64,000 nt of DNA, from NCBI RefSeq assembly GCF_009914755.1, contig NC_060925.1. The stretch is one strand, 5' to 3'. Positions within the stretch are counted from its first letter, which is position 1. Every line of letters starts with the position of its first letter. Shown piece by piece: positions 1 to 14,889 of this stretch. A model generated the notes under the pieces. The model worked only from the letters and a program-made list of their open reading frames with translations, ran no database searches and was not told the origin of the DNA. The DNA is from the human T2T-CHM13v2.0 reference genome, Homo sapiens. A program made the translations under genes and the position numbers.

Positions 1-2760
<2,760 letters not shown>

Positions 2761-2823
2761 TATGATGTTAGCTGGTTATTTTGCTCGTTAGTTGATGCAG
2801 TTTCTTCCTAGCCTCGATGGTCT

Positions 2824-3841
2824 TTACAATTTGGCATGTTTCTGCAGTGGCTCGTACCGGTTGTTCCTTTCCATGTTTAGTGCTTCCTTCAGGAGCTCTT
2901 TTAGGGCAGGCCTGGTGGTGACAAAATCTCTCAGCATTTGCTTGTCTGTAAAGGATTTTATTTCTCCTTCATTTGTGAAGCTTAGTTTGGCTGGATATGA
3001 AATTCTGGATTGAAAATTCTTCTCTTTAAGAATGTTGAATATTGGCCCCTACTCTCTTCTGGCTTGTAGAGTTTCTGCCAAGAGATCAGCTGTTAGTCTG
3101 ATAGCCTTCCCTTTGTGGGTAACCCGACCTTTCTCTCTGGCTGCCCTTAACATTTTTTCCTTCATTTCAACTTTGGTGAAACTGACAATTATATGTCTTG
3201 GAGTTTCTCTTCTAAAGGAGTATCTTTGTGGTGTTTTCTGCATTTCCTGAATTTGAATGTTGGCCTGCCTCGCTAGGTTGGGGGAGTTCTCCTGGATAAT
3301 ATCCTGCAGAGTGTTTTCCAACTTGGTTCCATTCTCCCCGTCACTTTCAGGTACACCAATCAGACATAGATTTGGTCTTTTCACATAGTCCCATATTTCT
3401 TGGAGGCTTTGTTCATTTCTTTTTGCTCTCTTTTCTCTAAACCTCTCTTCTCGCTTCATTTCATTCATTTGATCTTCAATCACTGTTACCCTTTCTTCCA
3501 GTTGATCGAATCGGCTACTGAAGCTTGTGCATTCATCGCGTAGTTCTCGTGCCATGGTTTTCAGCTCCATCAGGTCATTTAAGGACTTCTCTACATTGGT
3601 TGTTCTAGTTAGCCATTTGTCTAATCTTTTTTCAAGGTTTTTAGCTTCTTTGAGATGGGTTCGAACTTCCCCCTTTAGCTTGGAGAAGTTTGATCATATG
3701 AAGCCTTCTTCTCTCTACTTGTCAAAGTCATTCTCCATCCACCTTTGTTCCGTTGGCTGGCGAGGAGCTGTGTTACTTTGGAGGGGGAGAGGCACTCTGA
3801 TTTTCAGAATTTTCAGCTTTTCTGCTCTGTTTTTCCCCCAT
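2824..3841 (-). pseudogene. L1 ORF1p remnant (disrupted)
   Basis: ATG at 3841-3839 (reverse complement ATGGGGGAAAAACAGAGCAGAAAAGCTG); C-terminal ...HAKL-stop at 2826-2824. The longest open piece is only 173 aa (3049-3570). Confidence 0.92.
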
Positions 3842-4066
3842 CTTTGTGGTTTTGTCTACCTTGGTCTTTGATGATGGTGATGTACAGATGGGGTTTTGGT
3901 GTGGGTGCCCTTTCTGTTTGTTAGTTTTCCTTCTAACAGTCAGGACCCTCAGCTGCAGGTCTGTTGGAGTTTGCTGGAGGTCAACTCCAGACCCTGTTTG
4001 CCTGGGTATCAGCAGCGGAGGCTGCAGAACAGAGAAGAATAAAACCAGAAGTCCTGGGAAGAAGAG

Positions 4067-4493
4067 TGATATAGTCTGGATATTTGTCCCTGCCCAAATC
4101 TCATGCTGAAATATAATCCCCCATGTTGGAGCTAGGGCCTGGTGGAAGGTGTTTGGATGATAAAGACTGATCCTTCATGAATGGCTTGGGACATCCCCTT
4201 TGTGGTAAGTGAGATCTTGCCAAGTTCACATGAGATCTGGTCATTTAAAAGTGTGTGGCACCTCCACCCCCACTCTCTCTCATTTGCTCCTGCTTTTGTC
4301 ATGTGATGTGCTGGCTACCCCTTCACCTTCTGTGTTGATTGTAAGTTTTCTGAGGCCTCCCTAGAAGCCAACCAGGCGCTAGCACCATGCTTCCTGTAAA
4401 GCCCGCAAAACCATGAGCCGATTAAAACACTTCTCTTTATAAATTACCCAATCTCAGGTATTTCTTTACAGCAATGCAAAAACAGCCAATACA
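4067..4493 (+). mobile_element. ERVL-MaLR solo LTR, MSTA/MSTB-like
   Basis: Starts TGATATAGTCTGGATATTTGTCCC and ends ...AAATTACCCAATCTCAGGTATTTCTTT...CCAATACA; 5-bp TSD AAGAG/AAGTG (1 mismatch). Confidence 0.9.
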
Positions 4494-4984
4494 AAGTGGT
4501 AACTAACAACATGAAAACCAGGGTAAGCTTAGATCCATGCTGTATTTATACAGGCTGGCCCAGAGCCAACACTTAATACATATTTGTTGAATAAATAAAT
4601 TCATGGGTGAATTCAAGACATTGTAAAATAATTTATGGGGCATACTGGCCCTTTGACCCCCACTAGTCATCCAGTCCATTCCAGCATCTGTCAGTTAGTT
4701 GTCCATGAGTCTGTAATGGAACCTGGCTTCCACTCCCAGAGCCAGCTCTGCACAAATTTGTGAAGAACAAAATGCCTACCTGGCAGCCTCTACCTTCTCT
4801 TGTTCTTTGCTGGGACTGCTATTTTCCAAGCCTGTGTTCTCTTTCACGCTGGCCATTGACTGTCCAGAACTGGCTGTTGACTGTCCAGCAGGCCCAGGGC
4901 AAGCTCCACTCATAGAAATTGTGTAATCATCTTTCTTCTTCCTTCCTTTTCTCTATTCCAGTCAGAATTTCAGCATTTCTGGAA

Positions 4985-5150
4985 GCAATTGCTTGTTTGC
5001 TTATCTGCCTTCTTCTTCACACAGTAAGATATGTGAAGACAGGAGCTGCATCATTATTATATCTCCAGTGCCTGGCATCGTACTTGGAAAAAAGTAGTTG
5101 TTTAGTCAACATTTATTACTTAAATTAATGAATGAATGCATGGATGGATG
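4985..5150 (+). mobile_element. L2 3'-end fragment
   Basis: CAGTGCCTGGCA...CAACATTTATT...AATGAATGAATG, typical of L2 tails. Confidence 0.6.
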
Positions 5151-5422
5151 AGTGTTCTCCATTGCAAACATTGCTTATCAAGATTGCAGGTATTTGAGTA
5201 CTATTACTATTAATTGTTATGGTAATATTGAACTTATTTGGAAGTATTACTGTTGGAAGAAACATATTTTGGAGGTGTGTGTGTGTGTGTGTAAAACTAT
5301 TATGTTCCTCATTTATTCAACAAATATTTATTGAGTATGTACTATGTGACAGGCACTAGGGTATATTATTATGTTGTTGTTGACCATTATCTTCCACCAT
5401 CCCTTTAAATATTTTAGGAGAG

Positions 5423-5490
5423 TTCTCTCTCTCTCTCTCCCTCTCGCTCTTGCTCTTGCTCTCTGTCTCTCTCTTCCCCTCTTTCTCTTT
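5423..5490. repeat. CT-rich microsatellite / polypyrimidine tract
   Basis: (CT)n with GCTCTT variants seen directly. Confidence 0.85.
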
Positions 5491-6828
5491 TTGCATGTGG
5501 ATGAAAATTCCAAAAGGATCTATAATTTTCTGCATAATAGACATCCTGAAATGCCTTGACGTCAGAAACACAGTCTCAATTCAGGAAATATGATTTGCAG
5601 TTCCATGGAATAATCAAAACTCTGAACTTGAGTAAATATTAAGCCTTCTCCACTTCCAAAGGTGGAGCCCTGCTTCAAGGAGGGGTCACGGGACTTAGGT
5701 GCGTTCTCCGCCCTCTCCATGCTGACCTCTTTTCTCACCTGATCTGCCCAGCTCAGGGCTGGACAAGAGGTGGGAGGGAAGAAAAGTGGATAGGACCTTA
5801 GTCTCACTAGTTCTTACTCGCTGTTAGTTCTCTGAGCCTGGCGTATAGTTCCAGTTGTACCTGGTTGAAGAAGTTTTTATGTCCTCTTCAGAGATCCCCC
5901 GACAGGCCATTTCTGGTGATTCTTCCCTAAGCCCCAGGTAGCTGGAGGGCACATACCCTCGGTGTAAATCTTCCAGACAGACTTTCAGGTATGATGTAAG
6001 AAAATCCCACACTTGCTGTCTCACTCACATGGCCCTCATATGCTTCATGGGAAACATTTACATCCCTGCCCCGACAGCCTCTGGGAGTTAGGGGTCAGTT
6101 AGGCATCAGTCCTCTCTATCTCCTGACCCGAAAATAGCCCACGGACCTTTCGATGACCCTCTTGCATGTCCCCTCTCCAGACCTGAGGTAGAAATAGGAA
6201 GGTGGAGATGGCTAGAGAGGCGAGAGTTTTCTGATGAGATTCCTCTCCTGACTCTCCTGCTCACCACACTCTAGGCCTACTTGAATTCTCAAAGCAGATA
6301 GTAAGTTCTAGGATCCAGAGACTTAAAAAAAAATCTGCATTTAGTAGGTTGGCCTTGGAAATTTCCATTTTATTTTGTAGTCTCCTTAGACACTTCAATT
6401 TTGGGCACATTATTGTATATAGTATATGATATATACTTATATGTTATATATTATATATAAGTTATATGAGATATATATTTATATATCAATATATTGTATA
6501 GATAGTGTGTGTGTTTCTATGTATCTCAAGTGTTTTGAACACAACTTGCGGAATGCAATAAAATTATTTTGCCACCTCTCCCTTTAAAATATATTCAGTT
6601 CTTTCTCTGCTCCTGGATGAATACTCCACTTGGGCATTCTCAGAGCTTTTCTAATATCTCTTGGAGAATAGAAAGTATTCTGGTCTCTTAAAGAATAAAA
6701 TGTTGCCACAATTTGATATTTTAAGTGTCCAGTTCCACGTAATAGTCAAACCTCCCATCTTCATTCAAAGTTACACCTACTCCCCGTCTTCCCAGTGGGC
6801 CTGCAGTCTGGGAATATGATGCATTTAG

Positions 6829-7149
<321 letters not shown>

Positions 7150-10100
7150 AATTTCTTTTCTTTTTCTTGCTCCTCACTGCCCTAGCTAGCTGCTATTTAT
7201 AGACCATTTGGAGTTGAAGCAAGAGGGTTGGAGGAGAGGCAAGATCTTACATCAACAGTTTTGCTGTAAGCTGGCCTCATATTTTCTGGGTCTGGCCAAT
7301 ATTAAAACTCTTTGTCTCATGGGATACTTTCAGAGGTTCTTTGAAATGCCCATCCCACCACTGTGCTGGGAAACTTTCAGCAGCACAGTTCTCTTGATAC
7401 AGATCATGTATTTTCCTGACTTGTTTCCTACTTCTTCCACAGTCTCTAGGAATTGGGAGGTGGTGTTCACCCCTGGCTTCCGCATGCTGAGTTTTCAGTC
7501 TCCCATCTCAAAGGCCCCATTGAGCAGGATGGAGTAAGCACAACCTCATTCTGAGTGCCTTGTTTGTAGGCCTGTGTTTAATCTAAGGGAAACATAAAAC
7601 CTCTACTCCTAGAAACTCTAGGAGACACATCTGCCATTGTTACCACTGGAAGTGAGATGCCAGTTCACTATATCTCCCCAGCTACAGGGCATAGATACCA
7701 AATTTCCAAGAGATTTTGTCAGAATCTCTTTCACTAGTAGAAGTGAAGGGGCAAGCACTCCTTTGGAAGAGGGACCTCAAAGTACAGTTCTTGCTAAAGA
7801 AATTCCCCCTCAAATTCTTTCTTCTCTCAAACCTTTTATATCCTCAGTGTGCCTGAATTGTCTACAAGCCATGTAATTAGTTTTTGTTATCTCTTTTTCA
7901 AGTCCTACAGGCTGGCCTGTTGCATAGATCATTTTCGTCTCTGATAACCGTGAAAGCTGAGTGTTCAGCCAAAATTTCCAATTAAACATCCTGATATGTA
8001 CATAATTAGATATACACAACTGTCCTGTGGCATCAGCAGCATATATTGTTATTCCTGTTTGATGTATGAGTAACCTAAAGTACAGACAAGTGAAGTAACC
8101 TGCACCATGACTAGTTGGGTTTTCTCACTCCATGTCTTCACTCTTTCCCTGACTGAGTTAACACATTGTCCTTTTAAGAACGGACTGAAGGTCCAGCGAG
8201 TAGATGAACAGAAGTAACCTTATTGGTGTTGCACAGGCCTACAAAATTACTAAGAAGTCCTTACAACAAATAAATATAACACATATTTCATGGGAAGTAA
8301 AATAAAATAGTAGACTTAATGATGGTTTAGAATAAGTAGTATTAAGTAAGGAAAATAGACTGACATAAAAAAGAAACAAAAAAAGACTGAAAAATATAGG
8401 TATAGTAAAAATTAAAAGAAAAACATTATCTATTATTGAAAATTAAGCATCTGATTATGTGATAATAAAAGCTTAACGTAGTTTGCCCAGGTTTGAAAGA
8501 AAACTGATTGACAGTCGCTTATCACCAATAATGAACCCCACCTGTGCCATAGAAAGTGTCTTGGGACACCAAACCACCCGCCAACCCCCATGTTGTAACA
8601 TCACAGTAGTACAAGGATGTAGATGCACCAACCTAATTTGAATGTGAAGTAGTCCGTGGTATAGGACAGCATACGTACAAGCCCACCCTGAGGGAAATAC
8701 TGAGCAAGAATCTAGGTGGGCTGAAAATAAGAGAATGAATAAAGGAAGGAGAACAGGGTTAAATAAATATGTGAGATGAAGCATATGGTTTGAGAAGTTT
8801 TGGGGTCCCACAGATCTATTGCAGGGTACTACTGGTAATGACACTCATGAACCATGTACCTTCACCTGTTCTACTAACTATTTTCTTGAGTAAAGAGGTC
8901 ATCTTCTGGTGCCTTGGGATTGGGACTGCTTAAGTCATTTCTAACCCTACATTCTTACTTCCCTTTAGGGTTAGGCCTAGAAGGAGAAAGAGGAAGGACA
9001 TGAAACAAAGAGTTGACACCTTCTTTTTTTTTTTTTCTTATTTTAAAGGTACCATCAGACCTCTCTTATACTTCATTTTACTTCCCACCACATTCAATTT
9101 CAGATTTTTTGTTCAATTGCTTATATCATTTAGCAACCATTCAAAATTGAATGCTGCCTTTGGAAATAAAGAACATCTGCTCTAAATCTTGTTGTGCTGG
9201 AGATTTTGCAAGAAGCTAGAGAGGCAGATGCTGCCATATAGAGTTGGCAAAGTCCAAAAGACATGACTTACAGGCACACCAAGCCTAGAGAAACTGATAA
9301 GAAGTAGTGCTGCAAAATAACCCTTAGAGGAGGACTTGTAAAGCAAAGGAATTTAGAGGATACTAGAAGTAGAAATGTGATCCAAGTATGAAATAAAAAC
9401 ACAATAGCTACAGCTATAATACCTTCGCCTCTAGTCTCTTTTCTCAAGCCTAGTCTTCACTCCTGATTTTGCACTGTGATCTCAAAGTACTGATTCCTGA
9501 TTTTGATTGACCATTTCTCAAATTTCCCCTATTAATTTGGAATCTTCTAGTTTTCTACATATGGGCCTTCCTGGACCATACACAGAGAATGCCTCTCTCT
9601 CTGTTTTAAATGGGATAACAGATATAGATGTTATCTCCCCAGAATAAAAGAGAGTACAAATGTTGGGTCTGACTTCTGTCTTATTATTATTCAGTTTGGT
9701 CTGATTTCAGGATCTGTTTAACATGTATTGATTTATCTGTTAGGCCCACTTTGTCATTTTAACATGCATATTAAAAAAAGAAGAGGTATTGAATTCAGCC
9801 ATTCAGATCTTTTTCAAATTGGAAGCAACTTCAGAAATCTCCACAATCTGAAAATGTTCCTGTGTGTAGGGCCATTTCCTCAGGGGATATGAACAGTTTC
9901 ATGAAGATGTCCCACACCTCCAGATTTGTCCTCTTTTTCATCAGAGCTCCTTTCTTATCTTTGCCTGGGCCCTTAGGAGGGCTTTCTGCCATGTCAGTAT
10001 CCTGTCAATTTCTACAACTCTATGAAGTTTTTCACATAGTAGAATATATTGTCAAAATGTCTTGATGTCTTATTACAACCTTTACCCAATCTCGGCAGCA

Positions 10101-10369
10101 GGATTTCTGAACACACTCCTGGTGCCTTTTTCCTGATACATTTATTATCTATTGTGAGAGTTAAATGGTATCTCGACCACATCCTGTTCTTCCTAGAATC
10201 CATATCACCTTAAACATCTAGTAGTCTCATTTCTGACATTCTGGTGGGGAAACCTATTTTTAGGTAAAGTTGCTTATTTTTGTTGGAGGAACGTTTGATT
10301 TTACTAAGTCTCTTAAGTTTCTTGAATTAGGTTTTCTAATCTATTTGTTCATTCACAAATATTTATTGA

Positions 10370-10416
10370 GTGTATATTAGAGTTCTCCAGGGGAATAGGA
10401 CTAATAGGATGTGTGC

Positions 10417-10480
<64 letters not shown>

Positions 10481-10542
10481 TTTCCCTACTTTCTTCCACT
10501 TATTACCCTTGGCTGAAGCATGAAAATATATTTCATGTGTAT

Positions 10543-10580
<38 letters not shown>

Positions 10581-10640
10581 TCCCTACTTTCTTCCACTTA
10601 TTACCCTTGGCTGAAGCATAAAAATATATTTCATGTGTAT

Positions 10641-10676
<36 letters not shown>

Positions 10677-10735
10677 TCCCTACTTTCTTCCACTTATTAC
10701 CCTTGGCCGAAGCATGAAAATATATTTCATGTGTA

Positions 10736-10770
<35 letters not shown>

Positions 10771-11213
10771 GTAGGAAGAGATTTATTGTGAACTGGCTCA
10801 TGTGATTATGGAAATTGACAAGTTCTAAGATTTGAAGTCAGCAAGTAGGAAACCCCAAAGAGCCAATGGTATAGTTCCCATTTGAAGGCTGGCAGGCTTG
10901 AGACTCTGAAAAAGCAGATGTTTCAGTTTGAGTCTGAAGGCTGAAAAACATGATGTCCCAGCTCAAGGCAGTCAGGCAGGAGGAAATTCCCTCTTACTCA
11001 TGAGAAGGTCAGTCTTTTTGTTCTATTCAGATCTTCAGCAGATTGGATGAGGCATCCCCCACATTAGGAAGGGCAATCTGCTTTACTCAGTCTACTGATT
11101 CAAATGTTAATCTCCTCCCAAAACACCCTCACAGACATGCCCAGGATAATGTTTGACCAAATACCTGGGTACTCCATGAGCCAGTCAAGTTGACACATAA
11201 ATTAACCGTAACA
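10370..11213 (-). mobile_element. ERVL solo LTR, MLT2-family, inserted in an L2 fragment
   Basis: TATTAGAGTTCTCCAG...ACTAATAGGAT, internal (TA)n/(CA)n tract, GGCTCATGTGATTATGGA, terminal CAAGTTGACACATAAATTAACC. Confidence 0.88.
10422..10770. repeat. (TA)n/(CA)n microsatellite with three tandem copies of a 62-bp unit
   Basis: Cores at 10481-10542, 10579-10640 and 10675-10736, separated by (CA)n. Confidence 0.95.
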
Positions 11214-14200
11214 TGTACATACTGTGTGTATGCCAGGTACTTACTTAACAGATCCTTTTTTACTGTTAATTTTATTATTATAAATGTGGCTGAGAAAACA
11301 GTATATTCTTCGTAATATTGTTGCAAATGAATCAGGCAGATATTTAAGGGTAGGATTTCTTGTTCTGTTGGGAAGATACGTATGACTGCCTTTGTCATCT
11401 CAAACAAAGTTGCAAAAAGTGTCATGACTTAGGGTAACTAATGGTAAGTACCATGGTAATCAATCCCTAAATTTTCTAGTTTAATTTAAAAAAAATTATT
11501 TCTAACTTACTTCACTGTCTGATGAAGGCCAGGAAACTCTCCTAGGTAACTTACCTCCAAGTTGTAGAATTCAGGCCCCTTTCATGTGTTTAAATATAAC
11601 CTTTTTTTCTTCCCCTCCAACTCCCCTTCCTAAAGATAAACTTTTAAATCAATAGGTATCTCACAGTACTTTGTGAAGGAAGGTAAAATAAAGTCAACTC
11701 GAAAATTGTATATTTAATTGATTACTGACCTCTATAATTTAAAAGCTGCTTGATCTTGGACAAATAATTCTTTTTCATTGATGATCTTGGAACCCAGTGG
11801 GAAAGAACTACAGAACGAAATGGTAAATCAAATATCGAAGATGTTTTGTTACTTGAGGAATCTTCTGTTAGGTTGGTATAGCGGAGGAAACCTTCCAATT
11901 GAGTTTTGAGTTTAAGTAACAAGTTTTGCTCATCAAGCTGGGCAATCTGGGCAAACCAATTAACCACTCTGGGCTTTGGTTTCCTCATTTGAAACTTAGC
12001 ATGTTAGCCACACTGATTTTGCTAACATCACTTCCAAATCAAAATTGCAATTATTCTAGTAGACCATCTCTTTAGATCTGGATTAAGGATGAGGCCTACT
12101 TGGAGGTGAAGGAATCAAGTAGAAAGATGTGAAATGGTCCCTCCCTCCATATGGAAAAATCTGCCTGAGATTTAGACAGACACTATTCAAAACTGTAAGT
12201 CCACTGAGCACCAACTGCGGTACAAAAAGTTAAGTTCCCAGGTCTCATTTACAGAGTAGTAGCTGCTTGTTAGTTATCACACGCCAGTGATTCAGCTGGA
12301 GAAGCTAAGGCAGAAGGCAATTATGTAACCATCACAAAAGGGTATGGGGGAAGCACTTGAACCCATACCGGGCATTCTGGCTTCTGGTCAGATGCGAGGG
12401 ATGGATTCAATGTCATTTTAATCTTTATTCATTGTTTCAATCTGTTAGAACTGTTATAGTTTGGAGCTCCATACAGAATGCAGATTTGTTCAAATGACTT
12501 CCCAAGAACTTGTAGCAAGAGCACTTGGAGCCATCCTGGACAGGCCCATGCTGTGCCTCACACATGCACAGCATCTTCAAGGGGTCATACAGAAACTGCC
12601 TCCAAACCTCCCCACCCACTTCCACTTTGCCACAACCCCAAGAGAGGACACCCATCTCAAAAAGGTTTGCTTTCCTGTGGAGTAAGAGGTATAATTAAAT
12701 TGTGTCCCAGCAGTGAAGGTTCCTTAATGATAATGAGCCAAAACTAATTGTATTGATTTGTTTATCACCGGCTTAGGAGGCCCATCAAACAAATGGACTG
12801 AGACTATTTCCATATTCTTATCTGTTAGGTAAATGAGAAACAAATGACCTCTCCCTATGTCTGCATCCTGAAGTCACTGCCCTCTAAGGCTGAGTGCTCT
12901 ATGGCTTCGGGTGGGAGCTTTGTCCAAAGCTGGGGCCATTCTGCCCTCTGGCTTCTTCAAATAGGTGAAGAAAGTTGAAAATTTTGGTATTCATTCTTCT
13001 ATTTTTCATTTATGTAGAAGGATTTGTTTTTAACAGTTACAATTTGGATCCTTGCCAAAGGTGCCAGATGGCCTGCTTTCTTCGGGAGAGCTGGTCATGA
13101 GTATTAATAACCCTAATTTGGAATTCTCTGTGGAAGGGGTAGCCACAAGATTTGGAGTGGGAGGAAATGTAGAATCATTGATAACAAGTGAATTCAGAGA
13201 AAAAGACTCTTGAATCTTGGTCAGGAGTGAGACATAACGGTAGGCAGGCAGCTTTGGGGGGCCACAGGAGAAGCCTGATGTACCTGCACCTACCCCTCTT
13301 AGTCTTGGGGAGCCTTCCCAATCTACTGCTCCACAAATTAAGAGAAATAGAGAGAATTAAAAGAGAGCTCTGGAAGAGCCATAGCAAAGTCCAGAGTTAG
13401 GTTATTGAGCTCAAGTGGAAAGGGATAAAATAAATGGCTTCCAGAATGTGAAGAAATTAGCTGCAAGAATGTGAAACTAAACAGTGGATCTGTGACTATT
13501 CACTTTCACTGAGATGAAGGAGCAAAGCTCAACCTAGTATTTAGAAAAGATTTAGGGGGACATAGAAAGAAAACCAACATCTATTGAGTTCGTGTTCTCC
13601 TCCCGTTACTTGGCTAAAGAGTGGTTAGGAGTGAGCCTGACATATATTGTTTCTTTAATTCTTTTGCCTAGCCCAGCAGGTAGGTATACATATCCCATTT
13701 TGGAGAGGAGGCAGCTATGTGTCCAGTTAATGTTTGTAAATTTAAAGCCACTATCATCTGCATCAAAGCCCATACTCTCAACGGCTGAAGACTGATATCT
13801 CACTCTCCTTCCTCATCTTTCCAATAGAAAGCAAGGAGTTCCATTCAGCACCTCTATGTGGGCAGTATTGAAGAGGATGAGCCTTTCTTCCTGTCTCACT
13901 TGCCCTTACGCTCTTCAAAGGGAGGGCCTCATCTGAAAAGGGAGATAGCCTGAAGCCCTTTGACTGCATTGATCAGGGACAGGACCATGATATTGTTACA
14001 TACCTAGGTCACCCTATGGCTGAGCTCTCTCTTATGCCCTTTACACCAATCTGTGTCCTGCTCCAAGGGCCTTGCCCCTGTGACTCTTATTCAGTAAACA
14101 GGCCACACAGCTGCTTCTGGTAGCCCAGGCAGAACTCTGAGCAGAATCCTGGTCTCTGTTTCAGTTTGCACCTGGTGGCCAAGTCAGAGTTGTAAAGTCC

Positions 14201-14889
14201 CAAGATTTAAGTTTAGAGAAGGTTGTCAGAGATCCTTTCATATTCCCCAATTCCTTTTATCATAAATACAGCTGATGCTCTATTTTCATCACCAGTTTGC
14301 TCTTTCTTTTTATCCTCAATTGATTAGATTCCCTAGGAAAAGAGGAGTGAGTACATAGGTAATTTTTCTAAACACCAATCTCTACTACTGATGAGACAAA
14401 TGGGGAGCTTTCCAAATGTGAGGGTCATTCAGGTGACCTGATGGCTTATGGTGACTGGGATGGTTTAAAGAGAATTTTGATTAACAGGAGAAAGAGTTTT
14501 TTAGGAAACCTCTAAACTTGCTTGAAGCTGATTTAGTTGATCCTGCAAAGCTGCGCTATTTTTCACCTAATTCGAGAGTTTATTTTAGAGGTATTCATCT
14601 TCTAAAAATATTTTACCTTTAACCACCATTTTCGGACATAAACTACTTTATCATTTATGTAGACTTTGAGGAGTTAAAAGCTTTTGGTAAATCTTGCCTC
14701 CTTTGATTCGCAACAAAGCAGAAAAAAAAAAAACGGAGAAGAAATTTCCTCTTTGTAAAGGAAAAAATTTATTTAATTTTAAATGACTTGTCCAAGGTCA
14801 CTTGGCTGGAAAGTGTCTGGGAAGAGACTCTGCTTTTCTGTGTTCTGAGTTGGCCTTAAATTATTGCAATACTTCACATACAAAAATAA

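Noticed and set aside
4849-4890. Imperfect 21-bp tandem duplication (similar small ones near 27968-27998 and 63592-63628)
   Set aside because: Ordinary slippage products with no further signal.
7193-7202. MEF2/TATA-like CTATTTATAG (also TTAAAAATAG at 49166 and a CArG box CCTAATAAGG at 17578)
   Set aside because: Such AT-rich 10-mers are expected several times by chance in 64 kb of AT-rich DNA.
7360-7389. Hairpin ACTGTGCTG-loop-CAGCACAGT
   Set aside because: A 9-bp stem is too short for a pre-miRNA and is expected by chance.
8473-8844. 123-aa minus-strand ORF in unique DNA (and a short Cys-rich plus-strand ORF)
   Set aside because: No recognisable homology or convincing splice context; the length is compatible with chance.
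8941-8974. Telomere-like inverted pair CTAACCCTA...TAGGGTTAG
   Set aside because: Only about 1.5 hexamers per arm; too short for an interstitial telomere or fusion site.
9831-9992. 53-aa minus-strand ORF with a good Kozak context (MAESPPKGPGKDKKGALMKKR...)
   Set aside because: Not recognised, and there is no promoter, poly(A) or TSD evidence for a gene or retrocopy.
10481-10762. CRISPR-like repeat-spacer appearance
   Set aside because: Spacers are simple (CA)n, repeats are 62 bp, there are no cas genes and the context is primate DNA; it is a VNTR.
11555-11629. Minus-strand 75-nt pseudo-exon with a perfect GAG|GTAAGT donor
   Set aside because: Isolated and in probable decayed LTR sequence; such pseudo-exons are common.
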